Assembly (NCBI GenBank): GCA_938082545.1
Contig: CALKCL010000004.1
Span: 3,687 to 67,686, forward strand
Source of the DNA: an uncultured Gammaproteobacteria bacterium
Lineage (GTDB): Bacteria; Pseudomonadota; Gammaproteobacteria; Ga0077536
Length of the DNA stretch: 64,000 bases
Direction of reading: 5' to 3'
The notes under the pieces are model-generated. The model was not told where the DNA came from. It ran no database searches and was given only the letters and a program-made list of their open reading frames with translations. Position 1 is the stretch's first letter. Each line of letters begins with the position of its first letter. Below are positions 1 through 10,243 of the stretch, in pieces. The position numbers and the translations under genes are program-made.

Positions 1-288
1 TTCGAGTTTCCCTCGATGTCTTATAAGCCCAGCGTTTTGCATGAACACATCAATATCACTCGGTAATAATAGTCTTACCTTAACAATCGAAAACTGATGA
101 AACATAACACGGTAGCATTCGCGTTTTTTGAGGACAGTAGACCAACTAAGCCCCGCTTGAGCACCTTCCAATGACAGCTGTTCAAACAAGCTAGCGTCAT
201 TGGTGACAGGCACGCCCCATTCCTTATCGTGGTAGCTCAGATCAAGAGGCTTCGAGGGATCGGCCCAAGAGCAGCGTTTTACAGACAC
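1..288 (-). CDS. tag: DNA-3-methyladenine glycosylase I, N-terminal 96 codons (gene continues past the left edge)
   Basis: Absent from the ORF track because it is open at the window edge. My translation from GTG at 288 gives MSVKRCSWADPSKPLDLSYHDKEWGVPVTNDASLFEQLSLEGAQAGLSWSTVLKKRECYRVMFHQF...AGLIRHRGKLE. This is colinear with E. coli Tag (YHDxEWGVP, LEGxQAGLSW, IRHRGK blocks). Confidence 0.8.
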   Translation of the reverse strand, partial: MSVKRCSWADPSKPLDLSYHDKEWGVPVTNDASLFEQLSLEGAQAGLSWSTVLKKRECYRVMFHQFSIVKVRLLLPSDIDVFMQNAGLIRHRGKLE

Positions 289-359
289 AGAAAATATTAA
301 CTTTTTCTGAGAATTTAAGTCTAAAGATAAATTTCGACCTAAACTCTCTGTTAAAAAAG

Positions 360-1541
360 TTAGACCAGCTCAATTGCCATAGCTGTTGCCTCGCCACCAC
401 CTATGCATAAACTTGCGACACCTTTTGTGCCCCCTGAATCAATAAGTGCTTGCGCTAGCGTCACCAAAATACGAGCACCTGATGCACCCACAGGGTGACC
501 AAGCGCGCACGCGCCTCCTCTAACGTTCAGCTTATTGTGAGGGATCCCTATCTCTTCCATAGCAGCCATTGCCACAACCGCGAAAGCTTCGTTAACCTCG
601 AATAAATCAACGTCCTCAACAGACCAACCTACTTTTGCCAACAATTTATCAATGGCATATACGGGCGCTGTGGTAAACCAGCCTGGTGCCTGAGCATGAG
701 AAGTGTGGGCTAAGATACGCGCGACAGCATTAACCCCAAGTTCTTTAGCTTTAGATTCTGAGCATAAAACCACAGCCGCAGCTCCGTCTGAGATCGAGCT
801 AGAATTTGCAGCGGTCACGGTGCCGTCTTTTGCGAATGCAGGACGCAAGCTGGGTATTTTATCCAATTGCGCTTTTGCAGGCTGCTCATCGGTATCGACA
901 GTGATCTCACCTTTTCGAGTCTGGTATTTAACCGCCTCAATTTCAGGCTTAAATAGTCCTTTAGTTATAGCATTCTGAGCTCTTTTCAATGATTCAATCG
1001 CATAAGCATCTTGAGCTTCTCTAGTAAACTCATATTTCGTTGCGCAATCTTCTGCAAAATTACCCATCAAACGCCCTTTCTCAAAAGCGCACTCTAAGCC
1101 GTCGACCAACATATGGTCCAAAACTTCTCCATGTCCTAGTCTCATTCCGCTTCGTAACTTAGGCAGCATGTGCGGCGCGTTAGTCATGCTCTCCATGCCC
1201 CCAGCAACGATGACGTCTGCTGACCCTGCCTTAATAGCATCGTGTGCCATCATGATTGTCTTCATACCTGAGCCACACATCTTATTAACCGTTGTGCAAG
1301 GCGTTGAGTCAGGAATACCAGCACCCATAGACGCTTGTCTGGCTGGTGCTTGTCCTAAGCCGCCAGGCAACACACAACCCATGATAGTTTCTTCTACCGC
1401 CTCTGGCGCGATTCCAGCGCGCTTTAGTGCACCACGGATGGCTGTCTCACCTAGAACAGGCGCAGAAACGCTTGAGAGGTCGCCTTGCATCCCACCCATG
1501 GGGGTTCGCGCAAGCCCTGCTATAACAATAGATTCACTCAT
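360..1541 (-). CDS. acetyl-CoA C-acetyltransferase (thiolase II)
   Basis: Thiolase blocks: VIAGLARTPMGG, active-site NKMCGSGMK, C-terminal CIGGGEATAMAIE. Start moved to ATG 1541 (MSESIV...), which has GGAGA about 8 nt upstream. Confidence 0.9.
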   Translation of the reverse strand: MSESIVIAGLARTPMGGMQGDLSSVSAPVLGETAIRGALKRAGIAPEAVEETIMGCVLPGGLGQAPARQASMGAGIPDSTPCTTVNKMCGSGMKTIMMAHDAIKAGSADVIVAGGMESMTNAPHMLPKLRSGMRLGHGEVLDHMLVDGLECAFEKGRLMGNFAEDCATKYEFTREAQDAYAIESLKRAQNAITKGLFKPEIEAVKYQTRKGEITVDTDEQPAKAQLDKIPSLRPAFAKDGTVTAANSSSISDGAAAVVLCSESKAKELGVNAVARILAHTSHAQAPGWFTTAPVYAIDKLLAKVGWSVEDVDLFEVNEAFAVVAMAAMEEIGIPHNKLNVRGGACALGHPVGASGARILVTLAQALIDSGGTKGVASLCIGGGEATAMAIELV

Positions 1542-1677
1542 ATAATTCTCTCCAAGTAATGTCATTCAAACATTTGATGCGTCGTGTTTTTATATATTTA
1601 TTTCTCAACAGCCTTCCATTAAAACATAAAATGCCAGAAAAATTTAACTTCGCTCTCTTGTTGGCCGACCCATTATT

Positions 1678-3315
1678 TTATTTGTCGTCGGGAAATTTAT
1701 AACCCTCTAAAGACTCGCGCAACAGAAGCTTGCTAACTTTTCCAGTCGCTGTGTGCGGCAGCTCAGAAACAAAAATTGCATCGTTAGGTATCCACCACTT
1801 GGCAACTTTGCCTTCAAAGAAAGACAAAAATTCTGCTACGGAAAAGTCTTCAGAAGGATTTTTAGCGACAACAACAAGTAATGGACGCTCTTGCCATTTA
1901 GTGTGTGCCATACCAACAACTGCGCATTCCCTCACACCAGGGTAAGACATTCCGACATTTTCGAGCTCTATAGAGCTGATCCATTCTCCGCCTGATTTTA
2001 TGACGTCTTTGGTCCGATCTGTAATCTTCACGCAGCCGTTAATATCTATGGTTGCGACGTCGCCAGTATCAAACCAACCGTCTGACTGATGAGCATCAGA
2101 ATTTTCCACTCTGTAGTAGCCGGAGCAAACCCACGGGCCACGAACTTTTAAAGCGCCAAACTTGATACCATCCCACGGCAGCGACTGGTTATCGTCATCA
2201 GTAATTTTTATCTCGACCCCCGGCAGGGCCCTCCCCTGTTTGACAATATGTGCTTTCAATTCATCGCCTGTTAGCTGACTAGTTCTCGCATTCGGCGTGT
2301 TAACAACGCCCACGGGGCTCATTTCTGTCATTCCCCAACCATGCAAAACCCTGACTCCGTAGTTGTCTCGAAAATCTTCCATCATGGATAACGGACAGGC
2401 AGAACCTCCAATAACCGTGCGGGTAAGTGTCTTTATTTCTTTTCTGGTGTTTTTGAGATATTCCAGCAATGGCAGCCAAACAGTAGGGACACCCCCAGCT
2501 ATGGTGGCACCCTCTTCGTTTATCAAACTAACTAGTGTCTCCGCATCACCTAACTTGGGACCAGGAAGCACAATTTTTGCCCCTACCATCATGCCAGCAT
2601 AGGGATAGCCCCAAGCATTGACATGGAACATAGGAACCACAGGTAAAATTACATCTTGAGCCGAAAGGCTAGCCGCATCAGGCATACACATGCCATAAGT
2701 GTGTAAGACTGTGCTGCGATGGCTATAGAGGACTCCCTTGGGGTTACCAGTAGTCCCTGACGTGTAGCAAAGGCCACTCGCGGTGTTCTCATCTAAATCT
2801 GGCCAATCGTAATCCGAGGATTCTTTTGCTAGCAAGTCTTCATAACACATAAGATTAGGAAGGCTGCTGTCAGGCATGCAGCTGCGCGGAGCTAGAGCTA
2901 CATAACCTTTGACAGAAGGGCAATCGCTAACTATTGATTCCAGCAACTTAGTGAACGCTACATCGAAGAAAACGAATTCATCCTCCGCGTGGTTAAGAAT
3001 ATAAATCAGCTGTTCAGGAAACAACCTAGGATTTATGGTGTGTAAAACTCGACCGCTGCAGGACACCCCATAGTATAATTCGACATGTCGGTAGTCATTC
3101 CAAGCTAGTGTCGCTATTCGAGCATCAGAGGCACAATTTAGCCGATCAAGTAGGTTGCTGACTTTCCGGGATCGAGATAACGCCTCATTGAAAGTGTATC
3201 TGTGTCGATCATTATCCACTGCAACGGACACTATTTCTTGGAACCCATGATTTCTCTCGGCATGGGATGCGAGATTTTTTATCAACAAAGGCGTATCCAT
3301 CATTTGACCCAGCAT
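1678..3315 (-). CDS. fatty-acid--CoA ligase (AMP-binding family)
   Basis: 545 aa. AMP-binding signature [18 protein letters not shown], and C-terminal TATGKVSK lysine motif. Confidence 0.85.
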   Translation of the reverse strand: MLGQMMDTPLLIKNLASHAERNHGFQEIVSVAVDNDRHRYTFNEALSRSRKVSNLLDRLNCASDARIATLAWNDYRHVELYYGVSCSGRVLHTINPRLFPEQLIYILNHAEDEFVFFDVAFTKLLESIVSDCPSVKGYVALAPRSCMPDSSLPNLMCYEDLLAKESSDYDWPDLDENTASGLCYTSGTTGNPKGVLYSHRSTVLHTYGMCMPDAASLSAQDVILPVVPMFHVNAWGYPYAGMMVGAKIVLPGPKLGDAETLVSLINEEGATIAGGVPTVWLPLLEYLKNTRKEIKTLTRTVIGGSACPLSMMEDFRDNYGVRVLHGWGMTEMSPVGVVNTPNARTSQLTGDELKAHIVKQGRALPGVEIKITDDDNQSLPWDGIKFGALKVRGPWVCSGYYRVENSDAHQSDGWFDTGDVATIDINGCVKITDRTKDVIKSGGEWISSIELENVGMSYPGVRECAVVGMAHTKWQERPLLVVVAKNPSEDFSVAEFLSFFEGKVAKWWIPNDAIFVSELPHTATGKVSKLLLRESLEGYKFPDDK

Positions 3316-3467
3316 TCTTTTAACTCCTGTGTCTATTCATACATTTATTTCTTAATTTACATGGTCTAAAAGTTAAGGTTACCGTGCCTATAGTAGCAAT
3401 CATTGGAAACGAGACCAAAAAATTAAATAATTCCTCAAAAAGGGAACAGTCGTGTTAAATTCCACCT

Positions 3468-4520
3468 ATGAAAAATGAAAACGTTATTACTTTCAATCGG
3501 CCAGATGATTGGCACCTTCATGTTAGAGATGGAGATGTGTTGGCAGCAGTAATCGCTGACACGTCACGTGATTTTGGCAGGGCAATTATTATGCCCAATC
3601 TTGCTGTACCGATAACAACAAGATCAATGGCTGCAGCTTATCGTGCTGAAATATTAAATCAACTTCCTGATAAATCAAAATTTTCACCTCTAATGACCTG
3701 CTATCTAACTGATACAACGGATCCCGATGATCTCAGAGAAGGCTTGAAATCTGGGGCCTATACCGCGGCAAAGCTATACCCTGCCGGTGCGACCACCAAC
3801 TCTGATAATGGCGTCACAAATATTAGCTATCTTGATGATGTTTTCGATGTTCTAAGCGAACTTGGTTGTCCCTTGTTAGTGCACGGCGAAGTAGTAGACG
3901 ACAATGTTGATGTTTTTGATAGGGAAAATCTTTTTATTCAAAAAATATTAATTCCTCTAAGGGCTCGACATAAGAAGTTAAAAATTGTGTTTGAACATAT
4001 CACTACTAAACAGGCTGTCGAGTACATAGAAAATGAAAATCCTAGCTACTTAGCCGCAACCATTACACCTCACCACCTGTCTATCAACAGAAACGCAATG
4101 TTTCAAGGCGGAATTAGGCCTCACATGTACTGCCTACCAATAGCTAAAAGAGAAGAACATAGACGGACACTTGTTCGAGCAGCATGCTCAGGAGACCAGC
4201 ATTTTTTCCTCGGAACTGACTCCGCACCGCACACAAAAGATAAAAAAGAGTCTTCATGCGGTTGCGCTGGAATATACAATAGTCCTTGCGCCATATCGGC
4301 ATATCTTCAAATATTCGAACAAGCAGAAGCATTGGGCCAATTCAACGATTTCGCTTCAAAAAATGGCCCCTTATTCTATAATTTACCTATCAATACAGAA
4401 CTCGTAACTTATAGAAGAGAAAATAGGCCTTTAGTTTTCCCAAACGTAGCAATTGATGCCGATAGTATTGAGGTCTTTTCTCCGCCTTTCAATCTCTATT
4501 GGACAAAAGCAACGTCATGA
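3468..4520 (+). CDS. pyrC: dihydroorotase, E. coli-type (class II)
   Basis: RPDDWHLHVRDG, AAKLYPAGATTNS, LLVHGEV and FLGTDSAPH blocks are colinear with E. coli PyrC. 350 aa. Confidence 0.9.
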   Translation: MKNENVITFNRPDDWHLHVRDGDVLAAVIADTSRDFGRAIIMPNLAVPITTRSMAAAYRAEILNQLPDKSKFSPLMTCYLTDTTDPDDLREGLKSGAYTAAKLYPAGATTNSDNGVTNISYLDDVFDVLSELGCPLLVHGEVVDDNVDVFDRENLFIQKILIPLRARHKKLKIVFEHITTKQAVEYIENENPSYLAATITPHHLSINRNAMFQGGIRPHMYCLPIAKREEHRRTLVRAACSGDQHFFLGTDSAPHTKDKKESSCGCAGIYNSPCAISAYLQIFEQAEALGQFNDFASKNGPLFYNLPINTELVTYRRENRPLVFPNVAIDADSIEVFSPPFNLYWTKATS

Positions 4521-5806
4521 ACCGCGCGCCTTTTGATTGGATTCAGTATGATCACGACCATGTCTGGCACCCATATACAGCACCTGTAAATTCGCACCCA
4601 GTATTTCCCGTGAAAAGTGCATCCGGTTGTACTATTACTCTAGAAAACGGACAGAATTTAGTAGACGGGATGTCTTCTTGGTGGTCCGCAATTCATGGAT
4701 ATAACCATCCTGTACTCAACGCAGCAATTCACGAACAACTGGAGGATATGGCCCATATCATGTTTGGAGGCCTCACTCACAAACCCGCAGTAACGCTCGC
4801 AAAAAAACTGATCGACCTGTCTAGCCCCGCACTACAACATGTCTTTTTTAGCGATTCAGGCTCTGTTTCAGTCGAAGTGGCCATGAAAATGGCTATTCAA
4901 TGGGCTGCATCAAAGGGCCAGCCGAGTAAAAATAAATTTCTTACTCTAGAAGGTGGATATCACGGAGATACTTTCGGTGCTATGAGCGTATGCGATCCAG
5001 TAACCGGTATGCACGGATTGTACAGCAACGCACTGGCCAAACAATTTTTTGCACCTAAACCTGTAAGCGACCCTAACGAAGACTGGGATCCTTCAGAGTT
5101 CGATGGTTTCACTCGAATTGCAGAACAGCATTTACACGAGATATGTGCAGTGATTCTGGAGCCAATTGTACAAGGAGCCGGTGGGATGAATTTCTACCAT
5201 TCCGATTATTTAAAGGCAGTCAGGCACTTCTGCACCGAAAACAATTTGTTACTTATCGTTGATGAAATAGCAACTGGATTTGGCAGAACAGGTAAAATGT
5301 TCGCTTCTGAATATGCTGGTGCCAGTCCAGATATCATGTGTGTGGGCAAAAGCCTCACTGGTGGTTATATGAGCTTGGCCGCCACACTTTGTAATCAAGA
5401 GGTTGCGGACACTATAGCGGACGGACACCCGGGTGTTTTCATGCACGGCCCTACCTTTATGGCTAACCCTCTGGCGTGTGCATGTGCAAATGCAAGCCTT
5501 GACGTGTTAATCACATCCGATTGGCAAAATAATGTCTTCAGAATTGAAAAATTTCTCAAAACCGCTTTACAGCCAGCGTCCGAGCTTGCGACAGTAAAAA
5601 ACGTCCGAGTCCTCGGAGCAATCGGAGTTATCGAGATGTTCTCACCAGTCGATTTACCCAAAATATCCCGGGAATTTGTATCCCATGGTGTCTGGGTTAG
5701 GCCATTTGGAAAACTGATCTACCTTATGCCACCTTATATCATCAGAGATGATCAATTAGAAATTCTCACGCGAGCTGTACTAAAAATAATCCGAACACTG
5801 GCTTGA
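4517..5806 (+). CDS. bioA: adenosylmethionine-8-amino-7-oxononanoate aminotransferase
   Basis: Near full-length colinearity with E. coli BioA (HVWHPYT, DGMSSWW, GYHGDTFGAMSV, EPIVQGAGGM, DEIATGFGRTGK, VWVRPFGKLIYLMPPYII). I prefer ATG 4517, which overlaps the pyrC TGA as ATGA, over the track's TTG 4499. Confidence 0.9.
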   Translation: MNRAPFDWIQYDHDHVWHPYTAPVNSHPVFPVKSASGCTITLENGQNLVDGMSSWWSAIHGYNHPVLNAAIHEQLEDMAHIMFGGLTHKPAVTLAKKLIDLSSPALQHVFFSDSGSVSVEVAMKMAIQWAASKGQPSKNKFLTLEGGYHGDTFGAMSVCDPVTGMHGLYSNALAKQFFAPKPVSDPNEDWDPSEFDGFTRIAEQHLHEICAVILEPIVQGAGGMNFYHSDYLKAVRHFCTENNLLLIVDEIATGFGRTGKMFASEYAGASPDIMCVGKSLTGGYMSLAATLCNQEVADTIADGHPGVFMHGPTFMANPLACACANASLDVLITSDWQNNVFRIEKFLKTALQPASELATVKNVRVLGAIGVIEMFSPVDLPKISREFVSHGVWVRPFGKLIYLMPPYIIRDDQLEILTRAVLKIIRTLA

Positions 5807-5812
5807 TATTTT

Positions 5813-6358
5813 ATGATAGACATCCCTCCAGAAAAAATAATCATCGATAAAAGCGTCCAAAAAGCAATGGCGAAATGGCCTGAAGTCCCAGAGTGTTTTG
5901 GCTGGCTAAACCTCAACAGACGAGCTGAATGGAGTATAAAGGGCGAGAAAATACACCATGTGAAAACACAGCGATTTCTCCAGCGAAACTACAACTTCGA
6001 TGAGCTTGGTCGGTGGTTCGTACAGAATGGTCCCCAACGAGTATTTGTCTCTTTAGAATATACGCCCAGACTTTATGGGTTCTCAAGCCATTCTGGTTTT
6101 TACATACATAACGAAGCTAAGATGCCCGTATTACTTGATTTTTTTTTAGACGAGTATGGGAATTTATTACTGTCCACCTCCTTAGGAGTAGGAGTCGTTG
6201 ATGACAGAGATCTAAGTGCGGCATCTGACCTGATCGAAGCTGTAAATGACATCCCCACAGAATTAAGCTATCGAGGGAAAAATTATAAAATAAAACCGAT
6301 CGCTAAAGCACTGGTGCCAAAACACTTTGGTTTTGTTCAAAACCCAAGACAAGTTTAA
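5813..6358 (+). CDS. conserved hypothetical protein (181 aa)
   Basis: Clean ORF 6 nt after bioA. Contains PECFGWLNLNRR...FVQNGPQRVFV. I believe this pattern recurs in other gammaproteobacterial hypothetical proteins but cannot name the family. Confidence 0.55.
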   Translation: MIDIPPEKIIIDKSVQKAMAKWPEVPECFGWLNLNRRAEWSIKGEKIHHVKTQRFLQRNYNFDELGRWFVQNGPQRVFVSLEYTPRLYGFSSHSGFYIHNEAKMPVLLDFFLDEYGNLLLSTSLGVGVVDDRDLSAASDLIEAVNDIPTELSYRGKNYKIKPIAKALVPKHFGFVQNPRQV

Positions 6359-6370
6359 CAAGGCAAGACT

Positions 6371-7207
6371 GTGCAGATGATTAGCGTTGTGATACCTACT
6401 TACAACAGAGTGAAAATGCTAGAACGGGCAATTTCTTCTATCTATAAGCAAACACAAGCCCCTGCCGAAATCATAGTCGTAGATGATGGATCGCAAGACT
6501 CTACGCGGGAAATGATTTCACGAAAGTACCCGCAAGTAAACTATGTAAAGCAGGACAGGCAAGGTGTGAGCGTCGCTCGAAACGTAGGTGTAAAAATTGC
6601 CCAAGGTAACTGGATCGCTTTCCTAGATTCAGATGATGAATGGTTGCCAAGAAAGCTAGAAGAGCAGGCAGATATGGCCAAACGAGAACCTACTGTCGCT
6701 CTGATTCATTGCGATGAAACCTGGTTCCGAAATGGGAAACACGTCAACCAAAAAAAATATCATAAAAAATCAGGAGGCCAGCTCTTCAGCGTCAGCTTAT
6801 TAAGATGCATGATATCCCCATCTTCAGCTTTCATAAAAAAAACTCTGTTAGATCGTCACGGCGGGTTTGACGAATTACTGCCAGCTTGTGAGGATTACGA
6901 TTTATGGTTGAGAATAACTGCTCAGGAAAGAGTTGGTTTTATCGATAAGTCTTTGGTACAGAAACATGGAGGCCACGCCGACCAATTATCCGAGTCTATC
7001 CCAATACTGGACCAATATAGGATACAATCGCTCTATAAAATAATCATAGAAGAACCTCTTACATCCGGTCAACGTCAACAAGTCAAAGAAGTCTTGTGTA
7101 AGAAACTTGACCTTGTTCTAAATGGAGCAAAAAAGCGCGGGAACAAAGACCTTATAAAAAGGATCGAAAAAATAGAATGGAACTTACTGGCACTACAACT
7201 CTTTTAG
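6371..7207 (+). CDS. family-2 glycosyltransferase (GT-A fold)
   Basis: VVIPTYNR, VVDDGSQD, FLDSDDEW (DxD) and CEDYDLWLR motifs. GTG 6371 or ATG 6377 as start. Confidence 0.8.
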   Translation: MQMISVVIPTYNRVKMLERAISSIYKQTQAPAEIIVVDDGSQDSTREMISRKYPQVNYVKQDRQGVSVARNVGVKIAQGNWIAFLDSDDEWLPRKLEEQADMAKREPTVALIHCDETWFRNGKHVNQKKYHKKSGGQLFSVSLLRCMISPSSAFIKKTLLDRHGGFDELLPACEDYDLWLRITAQERVGFIDKSLVQKHGGHADQLSESIPILDQYRIQSLYKIIIEEPLTSGQRQQVKEVLCKKLDLVLNGAKKRGNKDLIKRIEKIEWNLLALQLF

Positions 7208-7998
7208 TGGCACTGAAAGCGGAGGCTCAACCGCTAATAGATCATTACAAACTAAAAAGTGCGCGACAGCATCCATTTCCTATCTACGCAAATGAGCAGT
7301 TAAAAATAGTTATCACCGGTATTGGCAAATGCCCCAGCGCGACGGCACTGGCTCATACCGCGGCTTTTTTCTCAGCTCTGCCCAACCATATATGGATAAA
7401 TTTCGGCATCGCTGGACACAAAGATCATACAATCGGGACTGCGGTATCAGTATCTAAAGTCATAAATAAAAGCAGTCAACAGACTTGGTATCCAAATTTA
7501 ATCAAGCTCCCTAATACTCTGGTAAAGTCTTTAACAACTTATGAAGCCGTTGTTGGTGATTATGTCGACGATACTCTTTGTGATATGGAAGCGGCAGGGT
7601 TTATGTCAGCGGGTTCAAGTTTACATATAAAAAGCGAATGTCTATTCGTTTTCAAGGTTATTTCTGATAATAAACTATCCGATGCAAAGAACATCACTAA
7701 AAATCTTGTCGCCGGGCTTGTAAAAATGCATATCCCGACCTTGGAAGCTCTAATTAAAAAAGCAGAAATAAAGGTACAAGATGCTAGGAATGGCAAACTA
7801 GAGCTTGGTTCTGAATTATTCGAAAAATGGCATTTCACCCAGACACAAAAAAGTCAGCTTAGAGAGGGTATTCGCCGTTTTAGAGCGCTCGATAAAGAAA
7901 CTTTATGGCAGGACATGGAATTGGATAACTGCGCGACTGCAAAGGACGTAATAGAGAATTTAAATCGTCGTCTGCAAAAACTGCTGCCGAAGTTCTGA
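7177..7998 (+). CDS. PNP_UDP_1 / Pfs-like nucleosidase or phosphorylase family protein with C-terminal extension
   Basis: N-terminal beta strand plus LKAEAQPL, then ITGIGK, FGIAGH and DMEAAGF, laid out as in MTA/SAH nucleosidases. About 75 extra helical residues follow at the C-terminus. The gene overlaps the GT2 gene by 31 nt. Confidence 0.6.
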   Translation: MELTGTTTLLVALKAEAQPLIDHYKLKSARQHPFPIYANEQLKIVITGIGKCPSATALAHTAAFFSALPNHIWINFGIAGHKDHTIGTAVSVSKVINKSSQQTWYPNLIKLPNTLVKSLTTYEAVVGDYVDDTLCDMEAAGFMSAGSSLHIKSECLFVFKVISDNKLSDAKNITKNLVAGLVKMHIPTLEALIKKAEIKVQDARNGKLELGSELFEKWHFTQTQKSQLREGIRRFRALDKETLWQDMELDNCATAKDVIENLNRRLQKLLPKF

Positions 7999-8000
7999 AC

Positions 8001-8993
8001 ATGTTTAGCTTTATCTATGTTGAAAAAAGTATAAAAAAACATCCGCGGACACTGAAAATATTGTCCCGATTCCCTAAGTCAACGGTTATAACATGCGAAC
8101 ACTACGGCGAAATATTCAACCGCCATCAACAGGATTTTCGTATTCAGAAAAAAGATCCTTGTTTGATACTAGCGGAAAAGCATAACAAAAGAATTATGCC
8201 TGCGCCGCCAGAATACGGCTTAAACACGACCCATAATTACTACTTCTCACACATGCTTAATTGCATCTACGATTGTCGATACTGTTTCTTGCAAGGAATG
8301 TTTCGGTCAGCCCATAACGTTATTTTTGTCAATTACGAAGATTTTATAGAAGATATTAGAGCGTTGGCCGTCAAAACCAGAGAACCTATATGGTTTTATT
8401 CAGGTTATGACTGCGATAGCTTAGCTCTAGATCCAATCACTGGGTTTTCGAGATCTTTCATAGAAGCAGTCTCATTGATAGATAATGCATTTTTAGAATT
8501 GAGAACTAAAAGCACTCAGGTCCGCAAGCTATTGGAAATGAAACCCCGTGACAATGTGATTTGCGCTTTTAGCTTAAGTCCTTCTGCAGTCATTAAATCT
8601 CTGGAGCACCAAACGCCCTCTCTTGCTGCACGACTTTCCGCCGCCAAAAAATTACAATTAGCTGGATGGCCTGTTGCGCTGAGGCTCGACCCGATAGTGT
8701 TTGTTGAGAATTTTAGAGCAGAATATAAATTTTTATTCGAACAAATAACTGAAAAGCTTGATTTTGAAACGCTGCATTCAATAACAATAGGAGCATTTAG
8801 GCTGCCTAAGCGCTTCTTCAAGACTATCAAAAATCTTTATCCGGAAGAACCTTTATTTTCTAGTCAGTTTAATAGTGATAACGGACAAGTAAGTTACAAG
8901 AAATCTACAGAGAAAAAAATACTCGACTGGTGTGAAGCAAGCTTGAAAAGCCGCAAAAATTGTCCACCGGTATATCGCCAGTCCCTCGAGTAG
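8001..8993 (+). CDS. spore-photoproduct-lyase (SplB)-family radical SAM protein
   Basis: CX3CX2C cluster CIYDCRYC (nt 8262-8285) followed by FLQGMF...FVNYEDF, as in SPL-type enzymes. 330 aa. Starts 2 nt after the preceding gene. Confidence 0.65.
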   Translation: MFSFIYVEKSIKKHPRTLKILSRFPKSTVITCEHYGEIFNRHQQDFRIQKKDPCLILAEKHNKRIMPAPPEYGLNTTHNYYFSHMLNCIYDCRYCFLQGMFRSAHNVIFVNYEDFIEDIRALAVKTREPIWFYSGYDCDSLALDPITGFSRSFIEAVSLIDNAFLELRTKSTQVRKLLEMKPRDNVICAFSLSPSAVIKSLEHQTPSLAARLSAAKKLQLAGWPVALRLDPIVFVENFRAEYKFLFEQITEKLDFETLHSITIGAFRLPKRFFKTIKNLYPEEPLFSSQFNSDNGQVSYKKSTEKKILDWCEASLKSRKNCPPVYRQSLE

Positions 8994-9024
8994 ACCGTTA
9001 AAATAGTGCTAGTGATAGAAGGCT

Positions 9025-10098
9025 TTAGATCGAACCTATAACATTATATAAAATATTCTTCCGCCACCCAGTGGAAACTCTTTCAGGAACATCTCCGCGT
9101 AAACACGCTTCTACCTCTTTAGACGTGCAGAGTAAGCTCGAACCTAAATCAAGGTCGTTAGCTATTGCGGCTATGCTTTTCTTGATTTCTTTAGCTCGCT
9201 TTCGCTGAGAAATTGATAGCGGTTCTTTCCTATTCACACCGAGAGTGCCTCTTAAGTCATCACTATTTACAAATCCCAATAGATTTTCGCTGAACTTGCG
9301 AAGTGTGTTCGGTTTGTCTTTCAAGATAAACGATAACTCTTTTAAGGTCTTAGGTTTTTCTATAGCGATAGATAGAATCTGCTTATCAGACAAAATCCAA
9401 CCCCTGGGCAAATCCATTGCTTTCGCTTTTTCATCTCGCCAAACAGCTATATTCGCGCCTAATTCGAAGCTTGCTGTCTCTAGCTTCCCGATACCCGAAA
9501 TTCTTTCCCAGGGAGCTAAGAGTAACTGATGAGCCTGTTGCAATCTGCGACAATCCTCAAAACACCAATCTAATCTGCCTAGCGACAGCAATTTCTCCGA
9601 CATGATTTCAGTCATTTCTGCAAGATACTTCACATCGTTCGCGGCATAATCCAACTGACGAACGTTAAGCGGTCGAGACGTCCAATCTGTCCTAGTCTGA
9701 GATTTTTCTAAGCGAATGCCTATAAGAGTCTCCACTAAGTCTCCATAGCCGATTTGCTCAGCCATACCCAGCAATCCGGCTGCTACCTGCGTGTCAAATA
9801 ACTGCTCGCGTGCCTCTATGCCTGCGGCATGAAGCACTTCTATGTCTTGTTTAGCTGCATGAAAAATTTTTTGGACGGTAGAAACGTTCATTATTTTGTT
9901 TACACCCGAGAGATCTTCTAAAGCTAAAGTATCGATACATACTATGGAATCACCAGCGGCTATTTGGATCAGACAGAGTTTTGGAAAATAAGTCCGTTCC
10001 CAAAGAAACTCTGTATCAAGACCTATGACCTTAATATCAGAAATTATATCGGTCCAAGTATCTAAGTCTTGCTGTCGGTCAATGAATTTGTAAGACAT
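9025..10098 (-). CDS. rnd: ribonuclease D
   Basis: DEDD 3'-5' exonuclease blocks (IGLDTEF, HAAKQDIEVL, YAANDVKYL) followed by an HRDC-like C-terminal region. 357 aa. Confidence 0.85.
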   Translation of the reverse strand: MSYKFIDRQQDLDTWTDIISDIKVIGLDTEFLWERTYFPKLCLIQIAAGDSIVCIDTLALEDLSGVNKIMNVSTVQKIFHAAKQDIEVLHAAGIEAREQLFDTQVAAGLLGMAEQIGYGDLVETLIGIRLEKSQTRTDWTSRPLNVRQLDYAANDVKYLAEMTEIMSEKLLSLGRLDWCFEDCRRLQQAHQLLLAPWERISGIGKLETASFELGANIAVWRDEKAKAMDLPRGWILSDKQILSIAIEKPKTLKELSFILKDKPNTLRKFSENLLGFVNSDDLRGTLGVNRKEPLSISQRKRAKEIKKSIAAIANDLDLGSSLLCTSKEVEACLRGDVPERVSTGWRKNILYNVIGSI

Positions 10099-10243
10099 TT
10101 TGTGTTGAGACTCTTTTAAAAACTATTTTTTTATGGCTAATTTAAGAAATTTAATTCAGCTGATTCTAACCTAAGCTAGTGTTAATAAGATAAACTAGTG
10201 CGCGTAAGCCAGAACGGTTTGTTATAGAGAGCATTTTATACCA

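Noticed and set aside
6371-8993. Interpreting GT2 + phosphorylase + radical SAM as hopanoid side-chain genes (hpnI/hpnG/hpnH) or as futalosine-pathway genes (mqnB with mqnC/E).
   Set aside because: The radical SAM protein has the SPL-type cluster and flanking pattern rather than an HpnH or Mqn-like one. No squalene-hopene cyclase or other mqn genes are in the window. The idea is unsupported from this sequence.
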